This document shows positions 42,391 through 48,484 of a stretch of DNA of 48,484 bases, piece by piece. Location of the stretch: NCBI GenBank assembly GCA_910592345.1, contig CAJVPI010000151.1:1-48484 (forward strand). Direction: 5' to 3'. Source of the stretch: Paraglomus brasilianum. Lineage: Eukaryota. The first letter of the stretch is position 1, and each line of letters starts with the position of its first letter. The notes under the pieces are model-generated. The model worked only from the letters and a program-made list of their open reading frames with translations, did no database searches and was not told the DNA's origin. Position numbers and translations under genes: made by a program.

Positions 42391-44130
42391 CACGATGGCT
42401 CTCGATATAATGATCTTCGATAATATGATGTTGGCTAATATGATGCTTTTTCCCGGGCCCAACTCAGTTGTAATAAAATTAGGCTCGATATAATGAAGAT
42501 TACTTATAATCTCGCGATATAACGTTATAATAATAGTGATGTTTTGTGCGATTTATATAACGAAGTTCGTAAATCATCACCATAATTGGCGAGCAGAACA
42601 TCATATTAATATTAAATTAAACCAAGTAAATTGATGTTTTTGTGACAAGTTTTATTCTCTTTAACTCATTCTTGCAACAATTAAAAGACAATGAACAATA
42701 GAAGTACGATTAGTAAAAAACCTGCAAAAGGGGGGTTTATGTTTAAAAAAGACTCTAGACAAAAGTTTTTCTTTAGCGAAGAGGAAACGCGAACGAATTG
42801 CCGCATATCCTGTGATTGAAGAATCTCTTTATACGTGGTTAGAACACGCAAATCAAGTTTTCCAAGTCATATCTGGTCATATTTTGCAAACAAAAAAACG
42901 AAAGCTTTTGCAACTCTGGCAAATATCGACACCTTAGATTCTTTTCCAAGATAGTATAGTTATCTGAACAATTACCATACTGTATATTGTATATAATAAA
43001 GAAATTTTCGCTTGAGATGATAATGTTTCACGTGACTCAAATATGATCTGATATACAGTCAAAGCTCGTTATAATAGACAGTTGGGCATAACCCATGGAT
43101 GTCATTATAACGCGAGTCCACAATAACGTGCATGATTTGTTATAATGGACTTCTTAATTATTGCACGTGTAATTCCATTATAGTGCGATTTTTTCCATAC
43201 TATAAATTCACTTAATAATAAATGTCATCAGAATATTCCTTGTAAGTGAAAGACTTAGTCACAATCTTTATTGCACTCAACAAAAATAACAGTTATATCA
43301 ATCGTTACATGATACATATGTCATATAGACAACAATATTACAGCAACAAAGCTTATTTATTGATAAAGCTATCCAGCTGTAGCTTTGTCAGATGGAGCAC
43401 TTCTCGCCTCTCCATGCGTCGTATATTCACGAAGGTTATATTTTTCTTGAAATTTGTAATCCACCCGTCGGACCCTCAATACTGAGAAGCATCGCAAAGC
43501 CGGTTGCTTTTTCTTTAAAACAGCACCAGTGATATCGAGATTACAGGATAACGCATCTTTGGCCCAACTCCACAAGGCACATTCAACATTCTCATATTTT
43601 GAGGGCCGATTACGCTTTAACTGAGCAGTATATTCATCAGAATCCGTTGTAAGCCACTTTTCTCTTGCTATTAAGATTGCGGAGACGGTTTCTGTACTTC
43701 AACGCAAGTTCGCCATTCGTTGGTGTAGGCTTTTTCTCCTTGCCAAGACATAGTTGACGTTTCTGTGCATTTGTTAAAGATATTCCTTTAGATATATTAT
43801 TAGGCATTTCGTATAAACCAAGTGCACAATGTTAAATCATATTAATATTGAGTTTGACTCCTCTCGTCCTATTGGCTGAAGCCATATTTCCATTATTATA
43901 GTGCGATTAATTGTGTTATAGACGATTCATAAAAAATTCCATTACTATAAGAATCCATTATAACAAGCAATTTTTAATATTAGAAAAAAAAAAGTTCTAA
44001 AAAAATTTCTCTTATAATGCGATTCCATTATAACATAGTCCTATTATAACGAGCTTTGACTGTAATGAACTTTCGACAGTATGAACCTTTTGGTCTGGCC
44101 CGACGACTTCATCTTATCGAGAGCCCTGTG
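42391..44130 (+). mobile_element. Non-autonomous pogo/Tigger-like DNA transposon (outer element)
   Basis: Imperfect TIRs CACGATGGCTCTCGATA / TATCGAGAGCCCTGTG flanked by TA; CENP-B-type HTH remnant KRKRERIAAYPVIEESLYTWLEHAN...ISGHILQTK at about 42780-42935; no DDE domain seen. Confidence 0.75.
43056..44062 (-). mobile_element. Non-autonomous pogo/Tigger-like element nested in the outer element
   Basis: Perfect 22-bp TIRs CAGTCAAAGCTCGTTATAATAG / CTATTATAACGAGCTTTGACTG flanked by TA; frameshifted psq + CENP-B HTH ORF from 43807 (LTNAQKRQLC...VECALWSW...ITGAVLKKK...GWITNFK...HGEA); DDE domain missing. Confidence 0.9.
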
Positions 44131-44992
44131 TATATAGTATGTTCTGTACCGGCTCTTAGATAAAATTGAATTTAAGCTCGCGACGAGTCCTCCCTCTATA
44201 GTCCTATCTGGTGCTGTATAATTTAAAAGAGTTGGTGGAAAGTGGTTTGAGATGATTCAACACTTCACCTATACTGTAAATCAATCTCTAATAGTATGCC
44301 ATCAAAAGAGTACTTTTAGAATTGACAAGACAATGTAGAGAGATTAAAGGAAAGTATTAGGAAAGAACGGCGGGGTTAAATTAATATTTATCATGTAAAT
44401 AAAAATTTTACAAATTTAGCGTCAAAACTTTTTGAAGCCCACATAACAATCGAACTGGTTACTATGCGGACTTTGCAGACAAGCGGTATTTATTCCCTTT
44501 ATTATGGCAGAGAAGTGCTACAGTACTCTGGTTTAACTTAAATTAAAAAATTCGCTCCAATATTAAACTCCTCACAGTCATTGTTTTTACAATGTATTGT
44601 AAAGTGTCGGATCGAAACACGTAGGAGAGCGTTTGTGTGAGATTTAGCGTCTTCCAACGGAGTCTTTGACTACTTCTGCTATCGATGAATGTTAAAACGA
44701 CAGTTAGTGACCTTTATCTGGTTTTCAAATACTCACGATGCGTAATCGGTCTTGTACACGCTATTGCTATTTAACTCGCGTACTACGTCAATGGATTAAT
44801 TTCGTAAGCCTATTAGTCGAGAAAGTTTTCGTACTAGACGCGTTTATGACAATTAAATAATAATGATAAGATTGAATTTGTTAACCGCAAATTCGGAAGA
44901 CCAAAAAAAACCCCCAGATAATGCTTGATCGATACTTTGTTAGTAATACTAGTATTTGATTGGTTTAATAAATATTATAAATGGTTGTTATA

Positions 44993-45073
44993 TAGTAAAT
45001 TCTATAAGAGAACACCTCTATGATAGTACATATTTTGGCTGTCCCGACTGTGTTCTTTTATGGAGGTTGACTG
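44993..45073. mobile_element. Possible degenerate mini-MITE (about 80 bp)
   Basis: The right end revcomp CAGTCAACCTCCATAAAAGAACAC resembles the left end TAGTAAATTCTATAAGAGAACAC; both TA-flanked; CAGTCAA terminus as in two other elements here. Confidence 0.45.
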
Positions 45074-45697
45074 TATATCGAAATTTCAGGACAAACACAC
45101 GACTATCCAAAATCAGGACAATTTGGTGAAACGATAATTAGTATAAATTAGGATAGTTCTTTATTCTAATAAAAATCCGATTCAATTATAAATATTATTA
45201 TTTCGTTTATTCCCTGATAAGAGGTACTTAGCGTCTGCCGTTGGCGAAGTGTAAAACGCTTTTCCCGTCATCGGCGAATAGGATTGATACTTGCCAATCA
45301 ATTCTATTTAGTACTTTTGCATCAGGATTAGTGTTTAATTTAACGTTAGTGTAGAGAGATAATCTTCCTGACCGATAGGCTCTGAGATTAATCCCATCAG
45401 AGAAATCGACGTGATACTCGAGGTTAAGCAATAATTCAGGGACAGCGTATACAAGACCGATAATATACAGATCGTGAGTCTAAAACCTAGTAAAGGTCAC
45501 TAATTGTCGTTAGTATTTAGTTTGAAGTAGGAAGAGCAAAAGTTCCCGTCGGAAAAGGACTAAATCCCAAGGATCGCTCTCCTAGGTGTAAGCTAGTTCG
45601 ACATTATAGATAAAAATCTGCAAATGTCTGTAGAAGAGTCTAAATAAACCAATTCATTCCCCCCCCCCCCCCCAATTATTGGCACGCATCCGAAAAC

Positions 45698-47856
45698 TTA
45701 TTCAGCATCTGCTCCATCTTCCTCCTCTAGACTGAGATCAAAGAATTGACGACAGTAAGTTTCTGTCATCTTTAATACTAAAAAAACTTGTGTAAAAAAA
45801 AACTTACGTTGTTTGACTCAACCCCAATCATCCACATCAAAATATCTTTTATCGTTCTCAATTCGTTTGAATAGTTGACCAGGTTCTGGTGAGAATTCAT
45901 AAGTTACATTTACGGCAAATGACGGAAGCCTTCTTGCTGTTGGTGAAAGTAATAACTCGGTGAAGCTAAGAAAAGTATCTTAAACTAAATCTGTAATTAT
46001 CATCACACGCCGCTATAACATAACACCACCCAACATCCAATAGCTCTTCCCATGTTCGCCGCTTGACCCACGAAGCTCAATTTAAAGCCTCGGCCATACT
46101 TCTCCTTCAGTCTTAATTGTGGTCCAATACATCTTAACGTTCCTTGGACCATAAGGCTAACCTTTTGACAGAGAACTTCTGCCTCTTCCATCGAATGCGA
46201 TCGTTCGTCCAGTTTTCGCCTTGTTGATGATATTCCGGATCAGTGAGTTCATCCAGAAAGACAACGGCTGGATCCCCAACTAATGCTATCGCTATTACTA
46301 TGGACGTTTTTCACCACCGCTGAGACCGCGAGTAAGGCAATTTTCGAATGGTACTAGACGCACGTGTTCTAATGATTCTATCACCTTTGCATGTTCCTGA
46401 CTTAAAGGTACGCCCTTGAGACGGACGTAGAAGAGCAAGTGATCGCCCACTGTCAAATCATCCCAAACAATATCATGCTGAGGAAATATTCCTATGCTCA
46501 TATAGACTTGTTCCCTTTGGGTCTTGATATCAAAGCCATTGAGAATTGCATCGCCTTTTGTTGTTCGTCAGAATGCTGAGAAGCGTTGTTTTGCCTAATT
46601 TAAAGCAGAAACGAAATTATTATTGAAATCAAGTAAATAAACATGTAAAGCCTCTCTTCCCCCTTTTCCTATTATACGTATCAGCACCGTTAGATTCGAT
46701 AGCAAACGTTACATCCACATTTCCGTTCGAGTATTCTTTGCGTATTCTCTTTATAACCAGTGGGAAATCTAATAGAAACTGATTATCTAAAACTCTACGC
46801 CGCTCTTCTCGGACGTCATCGCCTTCTGGCCTAACCTCTTCTGAACCAATATGCCATAAACCGCTCTCCAGGAAACTTTTACGTCTGTCCTGTTTTGTCT
46901 CGCCTATCCCAAACAGCTTTCTGAATAACGTACTAAATACAAAATGCCATTTATCGTCTCGGATGGAAGCACTTGAGACAGTACCACGTAACTATTAGCA
47001 ATAAAGTACTCAGTGCTGTAAAGATCCATCTGGTCCGTGCTGTGTAATCCATCCGATCCGGCTGTAAGATCCATTAGTATATCCATTGCCTGACGGATTC
47101 AAGCTTGCCTCGTTGACAATGCTGAGAGCGCGGTAAATGCAAACAATGCTTGTCGTAGTGAAAATCGACTCTGTTTCCATGTTAATAATTACATCGCTTG
47201 TTAATAATAACGCATGACATAACTAAAGCAGTACGGATCTTGTTGAATATTATCGAAAAAAGAGATGCTAGGGCTATATGCAAGTGTCCCCAGATCAAGA
47301 AAAGAATACAGAGAACGGGCGGTGAGGTTCTAAAAGAGAATTCCATTTAAAGACTAGTCCGCTTGCCACAAAGAATGCGGAATTGATGCCGTGTAGAATG
47401 TAAAAATGGATATAGTGCGTCATGCAGTAAGCGTAATTCTTGATTCCGTTCACAGGCAAAACTTTGTTCTCCTTTTCTTTGACAAGTGTGATTATAAATG
47501 CTGGTGGCAAGAAAGAAACACCATATGGATAGAGAACGCCTAAAAGTATACCTGCCCCAATATTCATCGATGACTCCAATAGATATGGCATGACACGAAA
47601 CCCGGCTGTTATAACTGCACTCACATTAGTAACGCGGTAATCAATTGTGAGTGTTGGATCGCTCTCCGCAAACCGTGGCCTGGAAACGGAATACTCTGGG
47701 CAATGCGACCATCACGGCCAAGTTGCATGGCTCCACCCCAAGACACACTTGTAATGGCTAAGCTAACGGTTGATTATCTACTAGTTGCAGTGTCTTCCCC
47801 TCCAACGAGAGGTGGTACTGGTACGAGAGCTTCGGCTTCACGGTCTCAGACATCAT
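45698..47856 (-). pseudogene. ABCA-family ABC transporter pseudogene
   Basis: Fragments LVKEKENK, NGA/GKTTLLSILT (intron donor apparently mutated), IGIFPQHDIVWDDLTV..HLLFYVRLKG, LSGGEKR then stop, VVFLDE with PTTG missing, SMEEAEVLC, CIGPQLRLKEKYG.GFKL; many frameshifts and deletions. Confidence 0.9.
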
Positions 47857-47983
47857 ATTAATATTTGGTTTAAACATAATTCGTGTCGTGTCCGTCTTCT
47901 TCAGAGATACCAGTTTTGGTAGTTAAGCGTTACACACGCATCGGTTGAGAATACTTTGTACTTGAAAACTTCTTATTCGAACG

Positions 47984-48484
47984 ATGTCCTTAGTTCCAGG
48001 TGTTAATAATCCAGCGATTGACAACTTGGTTCAATCCTCCTTGGAAAGTGAAAATGAAGACTTACGACTTGAATGGATTCCTAACTCAAAAATTACCGAA
48101 ATAAAGTCAACTCAAATTGATAACGTCTACTACGCTATTCGCAATCAATATTACACGATAATGCTGCTATGCCTTGGAAGTAGCGAAGAGTTTACACAAA
48201 CACTTGTGAGTGAGTTTGCTAGAATATACTCACTTCCAACACACAAGTATAACAATGACGTTAATCAGTTCAGAAGACATTCTAAATGGCTTACGAAGCG
48301 CAACAAACTAATAAAGGGTTTTGCTGAGTATAATAATAACTATTACATGATTGCTGGTAAACGCTTTTACCAATGTTATTCCCGATATGGATTCTGCTCT
48401 GCATGTAGAATACTCCGATGCAGTCCCGTGTGGTGCATCTGTGGACATAAACAATTATCAGATGGATGGACTAGCAACAATAAG
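47984..48484 (+). CDS. N-terminal part of a fungal kinase-family protein (runs off the window)
   Basis: Open frame MSLVPGVNNPAIDNL...LEWIP...YGFCSACRILRCSPVWCICGHKQLSDGWTSNNK. LEWIP and Cys-rich/WTS.N motifs typically precede the kinase domain in Glomeromycota TKL-type kinases; the kinase domain itself is not in the window. Confidence 0.65.
   Translation, partial: MSLVPGVNNPAIDNLVQSSLESENEDLRLEWIPNSKITEIKSTQIDNVYYAIRNQYYTIMLLCLGSSEEFTQTLVSEFARIYSLPTHKYNNDVNQFRRHSKWLTKRNKLIKGFAEYNNNYYMIAGKRFYQCYSRYGFCSACRILRCSPVWCICGHKQLSDGWTSNNK

Overview
Intron-rich, AT-rich eukaryotic DNA from an early-diverging fungus. Mucoromycota, probably Glomeromycota-like, is inferred from the kinase, HSPA12-like Hsp70 and methyltransferase families; it cannot be confirmed here. 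Conserved genes: RLI1/ABCE1, a TRP_N/Flc-like membrane protein, a LYR-motif protein head-to-head with SHE9/MDM33, and an MCMDC2-like non-catalytic MCM. An accessory block at about 19.8-33.9 kb holds two divergent, apparently intact HSPA12-like Hsp70 paralogs with identical 10-exon structures. Between them lies a coiled-coil protein whose spliced C-terminus resembles a GrpE/MIEAP-type beta domain, transcribed head-to-head with the first Hsp70. Both Hsp70 upstream regions share an identical 13-bp element containing a CSL-type core. Two tandem SAM methyltransferases with N-myristoylation-like starts follow. This Hsp70 plus GrpE-like cassette is the best candidate for an undescribed system. The rest contains TA-flanked Tc1/pogo MITEs, a nested pair of pogo/Tigger relics, kinase and ABCA pseudogenes, and a long decayed ORF whose stops look like C-to-T hypermutation. 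Exon models were read by eye and family calls were made without database searches.
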